64,000 nt of DNA from Octopus vulgaris (Eukaryota). The notes beneath the pieces were generated by a model, which saw nothing but the letters and a program-made list of their open reading frames with translations, did not search any database and was not told where the DNA came from. The stretch covers positions 41,602,001 to 41,666,000 of the forward strand of contig OX597819.1 of NCBI GenBank assembly GCA_951406725.2. The letters run 5' to 3'. The position numbers were made by a program, and so were the translations under genes. Positions 1 to 13,107 of this stretch are shown here, piece by piece (position 1 is the first letter of the stretch; the number at the start of each line of letters is the position of its first letter).

Positions 1-750
1 ATTAAACCAGAAACAATGTGGGTGCAAAGCAAACTTCTTAACCATACAGCCATGCCTGCACCTACAGTTCAAAGAAATATTCTGTCTCTCTTTCATTGAA
101 TTCTTATCAAGATAATATAGATGTGTCTATGATATGCATGTCTATGTGGTTTAAGCAGTTAATGAGTTCAATTCTACTATGGAGCATATTGGACCAGTGT
201 CTTCATTTGAGCAAAGTTGCATAATTGAAATTTGGTTGAAATAGAACTGTTCGTGGAGGACTATTTCTGTTGTTTGCTTGGAAAATTAATCCTTGATCTA
301 GTTTAACAACACTACCTGAATCTAAGACTACACAGTTGCAAAATGAAATACTTAACCACATGGTCATGCATATACCTATACATTAGAGTCAGCAGTCTAG
401 GATTGCATTCTCATAACCACTGTATTAAACAAACAATTCAAGATTTTTTTCCAGTCAGTATCATCATCATCATCACTTTAACATCCACGTTTCTATGTTC
501 ATGGTGGAATTTGTTGAGGCAGATTTTTCCATGGTTGGATCCTGTTACCAACCTTAACCTGTTTCCAAGTAAGGTGATATTTTCTCATGACCGGATATAT
601 TTTCATGGATCATCGAAAATGAAAGCCACCACTTACATGATAGGGGCCCTTGCTTACAACAATTACGATGTTAAGGTAAAGAGACGCTAACACACACATA
701 TACACACATAAATACATACATACACACATAGATACATATATACATATATA

Positions 751-954
751 GTTAATCCAAACATGAAAACACAAAGAGAAAACACAACAATGCGAGAACA
801 GGGAACAAGTATAGTGTTATTGGACGCTCAATAAAGGAAAGAAAGAAGGAGGATTTAACGTTTCGAGCGGAGCTCTTCGTCAGAAACATAGAAAAAGGAA
901 AGATCCAAGGAAGGGAAGACAGAGGGAAAAAATCGCCAATGATACACACATGGT

Positions 955-959
<5 letters not shown>
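751..959 (-). mobile_element. Short non-autonomous Penelope-derived repeat with minimal hammerhead motif
   Basis: Minus strand 887-853 reads GTTT CTGACGA A GAGC-TCC-GCTC GAAACGTT AAAT; flanked by (CA/TA)n microsatellites. Confidence 0.6.
853..887 (-). ncRNA. Minimal hammerhead ribozyme motif
   Basis: CUGACGA, GAGC/GCUC stem II, GAAAC-GUU with palindromic AACGTT (dimer type), GUUU/AAAU stem I. Confidence 0.55.
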
Positions 960-1003
<44 letters not shown>

Positions 1004-1048
1004 AGTGAATTGAAGAAATGGAGTTGAACGAAGATTGAACAGAAATCA

Positions 1049-1985
1049 TTTTATTGCATTCTACACGTGTTTCGAAAGGCACTCAGCAAGCTAATATGGC
1101 GATTGAAGAATACGAACTCAAGCTACAGCCTGGAATGGTCAATTTTGTCGGTGGACCCCCCATTTGACAAGGGCAGAAGGAAGTGCAACCTTTGTGTCTC
1201 CGAACTCTTCCATATATTGTTCGCCAGAGACCGGATAGTAAACGGACTTTTACAGTCGGCTTTTCGATGCCCCCACTGGCGGCGTTATACTTATCTTGCT
1301 TATAAATAATACCTGCACCCGGTTACACTACTTATATGAAAATAGCCCTTGGAAATAAATTCTGAATAACTTTTATGAGAAATATGATTAACCATTGCAA
1401 GGGGAATTACTCCTGGGAGACGAATGGGGGTTTGTCTTGACGACGGGGGGTTTCTTTGACAAGGCAGGCTTAGACGAACACACGCACACATAAGAAATTT
1501 TTTTCTGCCACCCGACGGACTTTATAGCAGTGACCATTGTGTAGGGCTGTTTACCAACTGACGGCCACGTGATCAAACGCACATACGAACACATAGAACA
1601 GTACACACACACATGTTTCTAAGTAGATTTTGTCTCGCCCCATATAATACACCTAATATTCTTTAAATAGTCAGAACTTTAGTCTCGGTCACAAAGAACA
1701 TCTAAGCACCCTGTGCTACCACCCACCAGAATGACCGCTGCCTGACCCGTTAAAACCTTCAACGCACCCACCACCAGTTTTCAACATACATTGATAAACA
1801 GTTTGGCCATGGGCTCTTAGGAGCCTCGTTCGATTTGTTTTGCTCCGCCTCTGTTCTGTTTTTGTTTTTTCCAACGGATTTCCTATTTCTTCCTGAAGAG
1901 AAAGACACAATATGGTCTCCTTATTCAATCGGAATTTGGTAAATTGTGCCTTTCGAAACACGTGTAGAATGCAATAAAACGAGGT
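1049..1985 (+). mobile_element. 5'-truncated Penelope-like element: inverted pLTR piece, GIY-YIG endonuclease C-terminus, 3' pLTR with hammerhead
   Basis: ORF 1067-1309 LSKLIWRLK...Y.LEWSI...CNLC..E...CPH matches the Cys/His-bearing PLE endonuclease tail. 1049-1082 is the reverse complement of ~1946-1979, the typical inverted-pLTR architecture. Confidence 0.75.
1890..1969 (+). ncRNA. Type I hammerhead ribozyme motif (PLE-associated)
   Basis: TTC CTGAAGA GAAAGACACAAT-loop-ATTGTGCCTTTC GAAAC ACGT GTA|GAA. Core intact, 12-bp stem II with one mismatch, palindromic stem III, GUA cleavage triplet at 1964-1966; stem I is only 3 bp. Confidence 0.65.
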
Positions 1986-2064
1986 TTTTGTTGTTTAGAA
2001 GACTGTTAATGGGCTAACAATTACTTCTTATGATTTTACGTTATTGGCACATTCAACTGTCAAC

Positions 2065-2400
2065 ATGGTGGCTTGTGAGAGATGACCGGTGTCCTGTGAA
2101 TCAAAACAAAGGATTGTATCATCACCAAGAGAGTAAGTTGAATTCTGTGATAGCAATTACTGCAGGAAGGTCTAGAAGTGTTGCGCAATGAATTGTAGCT
2201 TATTTTAAATCATCGGGATCGACAGGTGCTAAACCCCAAACTGGTAGACTTCATAAAACTTCACCAAAACAAGATTGTATTATGGTTAGAGTATCACTGA
2301 AGGATAGCTTTAAGAGTACTGCTGAGATATCTTGAGAGTTTAGCTCCACTTCCAATGTCAATGTATCATGCAAAACAGCTTCTCAGAGGCTCCTGTATAT
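2065..2400 (+). mobile_element. Decayed Tc1-like transposase N-terminal (HTH) fragment
   Basis: Reads ...GRSRSVAQ*IVAYFKSSGSTGAKPQTGRLHKTSPKQDCIMVRVSLKD..., resembling the GRPRKTS AT-hook/HTH region; contains stops. Confidence 0.55.
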
Positions 2401-2514
2401 GCATATTTATGTTGTTGTGTGGTGATTGTGCATTTATGTATGATTTTTTTTTGCATGCATTGGTTCATTAGTGGACATTCAAAATTTTTTTGAAATATAT
2501 ATATATATATATAA

Positions 2515-2764
2515 ATAAATGCACCCTTTTAAAGCCTAGCCAGGCTCATGGGACTGGTTTCCCAGTTTCAATGGCGTATGTGTTCCCCAGCTGGACAGGA
2601 CACCAGTCCATCGCAGCGTTACTCAATTTTGCCAGCTGAGTGGACTCGAGCAACGTGAAATGAAGTGTTTTGCTCAAGAACACAACGCGTTGCCCGGTTC
2701 AGGAATCGAAACCACAATCTTACGATCATGATGCTGACACCCTAACCACTAAGCCATGCACCTC

Positions 2765-2766
<2 letters not shown>
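2515..2766 (-). mobile_element. tRNA-derived SINE
   Basis: Minus strand has A box TGGCTTAGTGG and B box GTTTCGATTCC. Related copies or fragments at ~5745-6030, 34420-34690, 37480-37630, 52925-53200 and 60290-60500. Confidence 0.75.
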
Positions 2767-2801
<35 letters not shown>

Positions 2802-3433
2802 GATAGGCATCTTTCAGTTTCTGTGTATCAAGGCTTTGGGTGAACCAGAGTTAATAGTAGAAGGCACTTGTGCACTGGGACTGAAATTGGAACAATGTGG
2901 TTGGGAAGCAAACTTCTCACCACACAGCCACCACTTTGAATATTTATCCTTTTTCCAACACTACCTTCTTTTATCCTTTTTGCAACTACTCCTACTCACC
3001 TAAGTATATAATAGAGGTTAGCAATGTATCTTCTCTATAGCAAGATACCTGTACTTGTCCCCATGTCTTTCAAAATCCAGTATAAAGCTACTTTCTCCTC
3101 TCAAATACTTCCCATTTAGTCATGGAAGCTTTTTCCTTTTCCTCTCTCTATTCTTCTTCAGTCTTGCAAATTACATGGTAACCCCACTAGTGCTGATAGC
3201 ATGAAAAAAGCACCCAGATTGCTCTGTAAAGTTGTTGACATTAGGAGGGACATCTGGACATAGAAACTATATCAAAGCCTGATTCAAACTTGTGGCTTGC
3301 TGGATCTTAACAAAGTAACCAAGCCATGCCAGAATGGAAAGCAGGTACTAAATGATGATGATGATGATGATAATAATATCTTACACTGTTTTGTACTACT
3401 TAGAAAAGAATAAACAGAATGTGGAAGTCTTAC

Positions 3434-3560
3434 CTGATAGGGTAACTTGGCCATACGAAGAAAAGTTTCAAGCTTTATAGCAAATGGAGAAATGTTTGGT
3501 GCTTCACGTATTCTTGGAAACTGGTGCAATATGATCACATTTTCAGGGTAAATTTTCTTC
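3434..3560 (-). CDS. FAXC: Failed axon connections homolog (FAXC/fax, metaxin-GST N-terminal domain), second coding exon
   Basis: ttaaag|G KKIYPENVIILHQFPRIREAPNISPFAIKLETFLRMAKLPYQ|gtaag. The V.LHQF.R....P..SPF..KLET.LRMA..PY motif is characteristic of fax/FAXC. Downstream exons are not in the window. Confidence 0.88.
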
Positions 3561-3804
3561 CTTTAAATAAAGGTTTCAGCATCAGTTAAAATTATACACT
3601 ATGAGACATTGGCAAAACATCTTAGTACTAATGTGTGTGTATGTGTATTTATATATATGAAATAATTCCCTTTGGAATGGTGGATATCAAAGCAGGTAAA
3701 GTTATAAATGAAAGTTTCAATTTTGGCACAAAGCAAGCAATTTTGGATGACGGTGTAAATCTATTAGATCAACCTCAGAACTCAACTAGTACCTATTTTA
3801 TCAA

Positions 3805-4389
3805 GGAAAGACTTCTGCCTGTTCCCACCCATTTTCTCCCAAATTTGTTTACTTTTGTAATTTTTTTGCCAGAAATCCCTGTTTTCAGATATGGAAGTTC
3901 CAGAAAATTGCCGAAAATCAGCATTGGGAAATTTTTTTCCTCCCCTTCCCCCACCCAACTTCTTTAATTTTGACTTTTTTCCCAACACTAACCCTAAAAC
4001 CCTAACCCTAACCCCCTAACTCTAACCCTAACCCTAAAACCATAACTACAGAAATGTTTTGAAATTTTTGTCCAAATCATGATGTCCATATTTTTCTGCA
4101 TATTTATTAAAAAAAAGATTTTTTTTTTTAAATTTTACTAAGATTTTTGGAAATTATTTTTAGAAACATAATCTCCGTATTTTTCTGCATTTTTTTTTTT
4201 TTTAATTCTAAAAAAAGTTTAAAATGAAGGAAATGGGGTGAGGGTGGGGTAATTTAGAAATGTTGATTTTTGCCAATTTTTTTGCAGATTCATATTCACC
4301 GTAGCCAAAAAGGGGGTGCTTTGTGTTGAAAAAAAAATTTTTTTTTAATGGGTATTTTTTTGGTGGGGGGAATGGGCAGAAGTCTTGCC
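3805..4389 (+). mobile_element. Merlin-like non-autonomous DNA transposon with internal telomeric repeats
   Basis: TIRs GGAAAGACTTCTGCC / GGCAGAAGTCTTGCC; 8-bp TSD tttatcaa/tttatcag; splits a SINE; (CCCTAA)n-like tract at 3988-4046. Confidence 0.7.
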
Positions 4390-4689
4390 TTTATCAGCCT
4401 CAAAAAGATGAAAGGCAAAGTCAACCTCGGTAGAATTTTACCTCAGAATGTAAAAATGGATGAAACAGCTAAACATTTTGACCTGCATGCTAACAATTTA
4501 GCCAGCTCACTGCTGGCTATAAATAATAGCATGTAAATATTGGGTTAAAAATGTTATCAATATATATCCTTTATCCTTTACTTGTTTCAATTACTAAATT
4601 GGGGCCATACTGGGGCACCACCTCGAAGAAATTTTAGTTAAATGAATTGACCCCAGGACTTATTTTTTTTTAAAGTCTGGTACCTATTT

Positions 4690-4906
4690 CTTTACCAACC
4701 ACAAGAGGCTAAACACAGAGAGGACAGACAAACGGATTAAGTTGATTACATCGACCCCAGTGCATAACTGGTACTTAATTTATCGATCTCGAAAGGATGA
4801 AAGGCAAAGTCGACCTTGGCAGAATTTGAACTCAGAACGTAGCAGCAGATGAAATACCATTAAGCATTTCACCCGATGCGCTAACGTTTCTGCCAGCTCG
4901 TCACCT
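4690..4906 (-). mobile_element. Octopus OR1-like SINE (Meta-domain-like)
   Basis: Minus strand gagctggcagaaacgttagc...gtcgactttgcctttcatcctttcgagatcgataaattaagtaccag. Further copies at ~28920-29740 (tandem cluster), 43625-43845, 46340-46720 and 48940-49140. Confidence 0.7.
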
Positions 4907-7340
4907 TCTGGTACCTATCCTATCATATATAAAATCTGGTACCTATCTTATCATTCTCTTTTGCCAAACCGCTAAGTTACAAAGATGTAAACACACTAAC
5001 ACTATCAAGCAGTGTTGGGAAACAAACACACATACACACACACACAAAACAGGCTTTTTTCAGTTTCCATCTACCAAATCCACTCACAAGGCATTGGTTG
5101 ACCTGAGGCTATAGTAGAAGACATTTGCCTAAGGTGCCATGCAGTGGGACTGAATCTGGAACCAGGTGGTTGAGAAGCAAACTTCTTACCACACAGCCAC
5201 AAATGTGCCTGTGTGTGTGTGCGTGTGTATACATGCATGCGTGTGTGAGAATTACCAGTTAGTTGCCCATAAGTCAGAAACAAGCAAATTAAGTATGAAT
5301 GACAGTGTTAATATTTCTATGTATTGTTGAGCTGTATATTACTGGTTGTGGAATATGACTGGTCAGATTTGCATCAACTATTGCATTTAGCAATATTAAC
5401 AACCCTTCAGACATACTGACTAGAAGTGGCCACAAATGGATATTGCTTTCAAAGAATCATCAATATATAGCAACTACATTAGAAGTTCCTTGTTGGCTAG
5501 TGTTGGACTTCAATTTTTATTATGAGTTCTTTTGTTAACATAGTAGGCATGGAGAGATCTGTTAAAAAGTGTCTTCATACTATAGTATTTACCAAATGAA
5601 ACTATTAGATTCCACTGAATCAGTGTTGCATTGTAGCATCAGGATTTAAATTTGCAATGAGCAATAACTTTTCCATCTATTACATGTGCAAAATGTTTAC
5701 CTAAGTCTTAGCCAGAAAGTGTAATTCACTATAAAAAAAAAACAATAAACGTTGCCCTTTTCAAGCCTAGCTAGGCTCTGGACCTGGTTTCCCGGTTTCT
5801 GTGGCATATGTGTTCCCCCCCAGTCAGACAGGATGCCAGTCCATCACAGCGTTACTCAAGAAACAGGAAGAGAAAGTGAGAGAAAGTTATGGCGAAAGAG
5901 TACAACAGGGGTCACCACCACCCCCTGCCGGAGCCTCGTGGAGCTTTTAGGTATTTTCGCTCAATAAACACACACAATGCCCGGTCTGGGAATTGAAACC
6001 GCAATCCTCCGACCGCGAGTCCGCTGCCTTCACATAATTCACTATAGCTTACATGTAATCTAAAATCACCAACATTATGTTGGATTTCCTAGTTATCCTT
6101 TAGCATTTAAACCAGCTACATCTGACCCATATATTCCACCTATTTTATGCTCAAACTGTCCAGATCTGGCTTCTCACATTTACCCTACAATGTTATTCTA
6201 AAAAATAATTACATCATCAAAATCTCAAAGCTACAAAATAATATGTGACTAATTCAAAAGAACATGAATAAATAAGAATTACATCTGAATGCTAAAAGGT
6301 TAAACTCAGGCCATCTTTAATCCTACGGACATAGAGTTGAAGACATTTTTTACAGATATAAGGTGTGTCTGTATAATGAAACAATATTACACAGTGTTCT
6401 TCTCCTTTTAAGTTGTAATCAGGGCCTATAAATAAGGATGTGGATAGTTAACCAATACACCAGTTGTATTTTGGAGAGCTAGGGAGAGTCAAGCAAATAT
6501 CTGGCAGTGCCCCTCCACCTTAAAAAAAACCTCAGAGACCCCTTTCATTGCATTGTTTTACAAAGGTTCTGGTAGTCCATGCTGAATAATATGCATAGTA
6601 ACTGTATACTAATAAGCATGCATTAATCCATTCTAAATGTTCATAAGAAATCTGTAAAACAAAAAGAATGCAAATAGTTGTGCAAACCCAAATCTAAGTT
6701 CAAACATTTATATAAGCCCCAGCACACAATATAGAGAAGAGGAAAACTTAAAACAGTGTACAAGCCAGGTGTTTCTTTAATGTACGATCACAGAGCACCA
6801 AATTGATTTAATCACAAGTTGCAGTAAAGGGAAAATACTAGTAAAGATTAAGACATTGAATCAAATACATGGATCTAATGAACAACGTTAATTCCTATTG
6901 GCATTGTGTGAGGAGTTAGTTGATGATTCAAAAAAGTCAAAGTAGTTGTTATTGATTAATATAAACTTCAGCAAACTAATGCGCCTATGTGTGAGATATA
7001 TTAACTTTAAGTACCAAAAAGTACAGATATCTTTTTCGGGGATAATTCTTACTGTATCAAAAACTGTTGAAAGTTTTATAGTGTAACTGAATGTAATAGA
7101 GACCTTGATTAAAAGGTAAAATGCAAAAAGCAGAAGCTATAACAAAATGTATTTTTAGAATGTTATTTTTTAAACAACTTATTCTTTTACCAACATTAAC
7201 TGAGTTGGAAAAGAGTGTAGGAGAGAGTATATCAGTAGGACAATGTATCTTTCAAGAACCAGATGTATCTTTCAGTGAAGCAGAATATAAAAAGCTTTTG
7301 AATATCACATAAAAAGGAAAACACAACAGAAACTATATAT

Positions 7341-7750
7341 ACTCTTTTACTTGTTTCAGTCATTTGACTGTGGCCATGCTGGAGCACTGCCTTTAGTCAA
7401 GTAAATCGACCCCGGGACTTATTCTTTGTAAGCCCAGTACTTATTCTATCGGTCTCTTCTGCCGAACCGCTAAGTTACGAGGACATAAACACACCAGCAT
7501 CGGTTGTCAAGCGATGTTGGATGGGACAAACACAGACACACAAACATATACACACACATACATACATATATATATATACATATATACAACAGGCTTCTTT
7601 CAGTTTCCGTCTACCAAATCCACTCACAAGGCTTTGGTCGGCCCAAGGCTATAGCAGAAGACACTTGCCCAAGGTGCCATGCAGTGGGAATGAACCCGGA
7701 ACCATGTGGTTGGTTAGCAAGCTACTTACCACACAACCACTCCTGCGCCT
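7341..7750 (-). mobile_element. Abundant octopus tRNA/CORE-like SINE (OR2-like)
   Basis: Minus strand ggcgcaggagtggttgtgtggtaagtagcttg...ggcaccttgggcaagtgtc...(TA/CA)n...gactgaaacaagtaaaagag. Near-identical copies at 30586-31017(+), 41850-42206(-), 55092-55466(-) and 61211-61575(+); older copies at 4950-5200, 13110-13460, 25100-25450 and 33690-34015. Confidence 0.8.
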
Positions 7751-7799
7751 ATGATGCGATTCAGTATCACAATCTAGGTTCTTTGAAATTTGAAAAAAA

Positions 7800-8500
7800 T
7801 ATTTTACTTTGCTGATAGCAATTGGGTTTGAATTATTTTCAAAATAAGTAAAGAGCTACAGATATCTCTTAGAAAATAGCAGAATCATTAACATATAGCT
7901 TCAATCTAAATTATATGAAAAATGGCAAGATACTCTCCCCAGAATTCTCCATTGGATAAAAGTTTAGTAATTCAAAGTCATGCACTGCATGGTGACAAAG
8001 AAACCTATAAAAGGGAATAGAGAATTAATTTTGAAAGTTTTGTGGGATTGCTAAAATTGTTAGTAAAGTGCATGATCTTCTCATTGAAACACACCTCAAT
8101 AATGTGGGGAAAAACCCTGGAAGAGTAACATATTTCTCTCAGTATTAAATGAATATATTCAGATGAAGGTACCTATAATCTACCCCAAATTACTTTATAG
8201 CATTCATTCACATGGTCAAATAGTTTGGCTTTCTGTTGTTTGACTCTATTCAAGATCAAGCGCATTGAGAGAAAATAGCAGAAACAATAGGTTAGATGGC
8301 TTCAATCAGCAACCGATACACAAACAGGACCCAAGAAGAAATTTCCATTAAAAATTCCAAAAGTTCTATTTCAGTTTTAGATTCAAATTTGGGCAACTAT
8401 TGACAACAACAGTCAGCTTTGGCCAAAGGAATGTTGAGCAGGAAAAGAATGAATAAAGAATTGACAAACATCAGATATATTTATCATGGATACATCATTG
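7800..8500 (+). mobile_element. Decayed hAT (ZMYM/DUF4371-like) transposase fragment
   Basis: Broken frames give FVGLLKLL..HD..I.THLNNVGKNPGRVTYFS..NEYI and FGFL.DS.QD.AH.E, resembling the GNF..LL..HL..Y.S..QNE.I..FS..D.T.D.SH.EQ pattern; many stops and frameshifts. Confidence 0.45.
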
Positions 8501-9812
8501 TTAGCAACATACATTCCAACCAAATTAAAACAATGGCAACTGTAGTTTACAAAAATAACTTTGCAGTCTTTTATTTAATGTTCATTTGTTAAGCACTGTT
8601 TTTATAATCAGCCATAACGGTAGTATTGTCTGGCCAGCAGTTTTAAAATGACATCTCATCTTTTAGAAGTTGACCCAAAATTACTTGCATCATGTTTTCA
8701 GCAATCTTTTGTTTTGATTGGTTAAATCTCAGAAAAGACACTTGTTTAAAAAATTTTTTTGTCTCATTAAAATCAGTAACTATATAACAAACTGTCCCTC
8801 AATGTACTTGATCTGTTGTAAATAGATATAATACTTGTAAATTTGTGTTGTGCAATCAATGTCGTTTCTATCCATTTTGCCATGTAAACATGTCTAGTCA
8901 TGGGGAAATAATTACTTTACATGGAAACAGGTGAGGGTTGACAACAAGCATGACATCCAGCTGTAGAAAATCTGCCTTAATGAAATCTGTCTGACTTATG
9001 CAAGCATGGAAATGCAAATGTTAAAACAATCATAATGATAACATAGACAGACAGATTCTATATAGATCCTGTCAACACATAACCACTTTCATTTGTTAAA
9101 ACATGTCATAGGTGATAATGTATGAGAGCAAAAGAGATGAAAACAACATTCCATATTCAAGCAACATATCTTTATATGCTAATATTTGTAATTCACTTTT
9201 AACTGTAAAAGGCACCCTTTGACATTTTCTATCCCAAAAGGTTTTTAATTCAATATTTATATGCTATTATCTATAGCATTATTTGCTTTGAATTCTATAG
9301 CTGTAAATGAACATCTTTCACATTCTCTCAAGATTTCTAAATCCTCTTCACATAAACAGCTTATATTTATATTTCTGTTCATCACTTTGGATCAAAAATA
9401 TTGAGAGAAAGTTTTAGAGTACAATACTGTAATGTCAGCATCTTAATTGAAAATGAGAGCTTTAACAGTAATACAATTTTGCTGCAAAATCACAATACCT
9501 CCAAGTTTATATGCCAGCATAATTTTAATAGGGCAACTCATGCAAAAATTAAAAAATGAAAAAAAAAAACATTTAATGAATTCATTACATTTATCAAATT
9601 GTAATTTAGATTTATTTGAAATAGTGAGGAAATGCCACTTGCATGCATTTTCACAGCACTGCCTCTTTGTATGCATGCGTTTGTGTGTATGTATGCCCAC
9701 ATATGTGTACCAAAGTTCGTGTTTGTGTATGTGTGCATAATCATATATTCTAATAAGAGGACTATATCATAGTTGATAAAAAATAATAAGGAATAACCGA
9801 TATAAATAATAC

Positions 9813-9892
9813 TTTTTCTGTCGGAAGATGATGTAAAGGAGTCCTGATGCAGTGATGAGGCCAACCCCGACAGCAATGGTCCACTGTGACAT
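9813..9892 (-). CDS. FAXC: FAXC-like first coding exon: N-terminal signal-anchor
   Basis: ATG at 9892 encodes MSQWTIAVGVGLITASGLLYIIFRQK + AA|gtatta. Phase 2 joins in frame to the exon starting at 3560. Acceptor ttttcag| lies before 9939, so 9893-9939 is 5'UTR. An alternative in-frame donor would end the exon at 9798. Confidence 0.78.
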
Positions 9893-10461
9893 AGTTTTCT
9901 TTCTGTGATAGCAGCTAGATGAAATACCTTCTTGTTTCTCTGAAAAACATCAAGATTATAACTAATTAATTAATGCAAAACTGTGTAAATATTAAATATA
10001 TTATTGAATTTTCTAACCACAGATGTTGGGTGTAGGGAAAAAAAACCTGATGAAAGTGTGTTTGTAACTTACGAACTTAATGTTGTTCCTTAAAATCCTT
10101 TAAAATGTTTTAGTCCGAAGGCTGTGGCCATGCTGGGGCACCACCGGTGTTATTGAAGTATTTTTTGCATCTGTCATAATTCTATGTCCAAATGAAGGAG
10201 CACCTCACTACCGACACCTTTATACTAGCCTCAGAAAGGAACACAGCAAATCTTTGTGTCAAGCTATACTGATCCACTGCCTCAACCTGAAAATCAATAG
10301 TCAATTGGAAATGGGCCAGTGGCTCCTATCAATACATCACGGGGACTACAACCAACATCATAACACATGCCACCAACACAATCTTCCACTACCACTATGT
10401 GAAAATACATAACAACAACCAACAGTTGGAGAGTTGCTGCTACTTATTTCAGTCATTAGAC

Positions 10462-10871
10462 CAGTGATTCTCAACCTTTTTACCCTTGCATAACCCTTAA
10501 AATAAACTACATGTCTCAAGGAACCCCTGCACACAAAAAATTATACACCATATCTTTCTCATATTTTTTTCATCTTCGTTCACATGGTAAATATTATATA
10601 TATATATATAGGGTAAAGAATTATTAATTTATAGATATAGGGTCTAGAATATCATGCTGAAGAAGGAAACAAATTTAACACCATTCTAATCCCGAAACGC
10701 ATACATGATTAACTAAGGCTAGTTGGTTTCATTATTTTTTCTTCATTTTGCTCATGTGAGTTACAAGTATTACTGTCGGTGGAGATATATTGTAGTAGAA
10801 GAATTAGTAGTTTGACTGCTATTTCTAAATTTCGGTATGTGGTGCAGCAACTTTTGCTGATCTCTTAATTA

Positions 10872-10908
<37 letters not shown>

Positions 10909-13107
10909 GGCAAATGAAAGATGAAAGATGGAATATACGAGAATTTATTATTAATCATGACAATTGTTTCAACACATCTAGCATTGATTCCTCATGGGTG
11001 TGACACTCAACAACTGGTTCAGGAGCATCCAGTGGTGCAGATGTATCTCATCGGGTGATAAATAAATACAACCCACTTATGCATTTGGAATTTCAAAAAC
11101 TTTTAATCACCATCGATTTCAAAAAACTGAATAGGACATTTCAATGCAAATTCTCATATGAATGTTATTTTCTGCCATAACTTTTAAAATTTTCAACCAG
11201 TTTTCTTGGAATTTTATACACAGATGGAATATGCACTAAGGATGGGTTGAGACAAATAAATTTTTACTTAGGCCGTTCAAGCAAAGTGTAAGATGATTTT
11301 TGATTAACTGATTAACAAAATTTGGCCTAAATTGTGGCAGGGTTCAAATATTCATCAATTATTTCAGCATTTTCAGGTTGCTGTAACATGTATTTTCTTA
11401 ACCTGCACTTAAAATTGTTGGTTCTAACTGTTGCAATCGATGTTTGATTCTGACAATCAGTGGAACTATACCCATGAAAGTCATCAAATTAAGTGCATGT
11501 GCACTTAAAATTTTCTCTCGGGTTGCAAGAGAATTTGCCCAAAAATGAGGAAAATCATCATTTTTGTGCTTATTGAGCCCACTGTATGCAGAATTAGTTC
11601 ATGCTTTTATGCTCATATACGTCAATAAATACTTTCGTAACATTTATTTGATCACACTATGGTTCTTCTGGTTGGTAATCTAATCAAGTGGGCAAGATAT
11701 GAAAATTAATGCCAAATATGCACAGTCAGTTGTGACCTTGAAACTGCCGAAGTCGGCCCAATTCGTAAAATTTTGGCATTTTGCACACAAACTATCGTGG
11801 CCTCAATTTGACAAAATTTGCCCAGTGTTTCAGGTTTTAAATAGGTAAGTGACATCAATTTGACAAAATCTGCTCGAAACTTTAAAATTTCAGCATTTTA
11901 CACACATGCACAAAAATGATGATGACATAGGTTTGCTACCAGACTCTGGCCATTTTTTCATCAACCCGGCCCTACCCATTAATATAGATTTCAATTTGAC
12001 GAAAAATGCCAAAATTTAACAAAAAATGCTTCATGGGTATAAACATACATCTTATTAACAGTAATCTCATTAGCATTTGCTAATTCTGCATTTCAATATA
12101 AATTGTTTCCATCTGCTAAAACTTATTATTCAATTCGTTGATTTAATTCCCCAGTGTTTCAGGTTTTAAATAGGTAAGTGCATTTTATTTCTCAAGCATT
12201 TCCTATTCAGTATTTCATGCATAACCATATATATGCTGATATTCAAACTACATCATCATCGTTTAACGTCCGCTTTCCATGCTAGCAGGGGTTGGACGAT
12301 TTGACAGAGAACTGGCAAACCAGATGACTGCACCAAGCTCCAATCTGATCTGGCAGCATTTCTACAGCTGGATGCCCTTCCTCATGCCAACCACTCCGAA
12401 AGTGTAGTGAGTACCTTTACGTGTCACCAGCACGAGGGCCAGTCAGGCGGTACTGGCAACGGCCATGCTCAATTGGTGTTTTTTACATGCCACCCGCTCA
12501 GGAGCTAGTCCAGCTGCACTGGCAATGACCTCGCTCGAATGTTTTTCACATGCCACCGGCACAAGTGCCAGTAAGGCAATGCTGGTAATGATCACGTTTG
12601 AATGGTGCTTTTTACGTGCCACCGGCATGGAAGCCAGTCAGCTGCTCTGGCAGCGATCACGCTCAGATAGTGCTCTTCGCACTCCACTGGCACGGGTGCC
12701 AGTCATCAAATTTGCAATACAAACTATTACTTATATACAAGGTTTAACTTATCAGTATACCCCCTTTTAATGATTGTCATTTTCCGATTCCGCACATATT
12801 TATTTGTATTATTGTTTCATGAATGAATTTGCTTATGCCTTCTATTATCTGTCCTATGTCTTGATTTCATTTTTTGTCTGAGAGAAATTAGGCATTGTAA
12901 TGGGTACTGGGAATATCCCTACTCCCGGGTATTACTGGGTACCTCAGCTAGTATTACAATATTACAATAACCAATAATATGTTGTGCATGTGTAGTAATA
13001 TTACAATCATGAAATTAGCATTAACTTATCTCACTCTTTTTTGTGGAACTCCTAGGAACCTTTTACAAAACCCTAGGGTTCCAGGGAACCCCAGTTGAGA
13101 AACACTG
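10462..13107. mobile_element. hAT (Charlie-like) MITE hosting nested insertions, itself inserted in a SINE
   Basis: TIRs CAGTGATTCTCAAC / GTTGAGAAACACTG; partial TSD cattagac/cattatta; the flanks rejoin as SINE tttcagtcattagac|tgtggccatgctgg. Confidence 0.6.
12250..12705 (-). mobile_element. RTE-tail-like retroposon with internal ~57-bp tandem subunits
   Basis: (cat)n tail + gtttaacgtccgctttccatgc...ctacagctggatgcccttcc, with repeated ggtgcttttacgtgccaccggcac units. Copies at 31165-31490, 35680-35955, 42565-43070 and 54315-54675. Confidence 0.65.

Noticed and set aside
1310-1420. SECIS element downstream of the PLE endonuclease ORF
   Set aside because: No in-frame UGA in the fragment and no convincing AUGA/AA/GA stem-loop by eye.
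3988-4046. (CCCTAA)n as a chromosome end or fusion site
   Set aside because: Short, degenerate, and embedded at the same position in three copies of a TIR element.
7504-7815. Recurrent ORFs of the '[15 protein letters not shown]' or '[13 protein letters not shown]' type
   Set aside because: Translations of the abundant SINE, found wherever a copy occurs.
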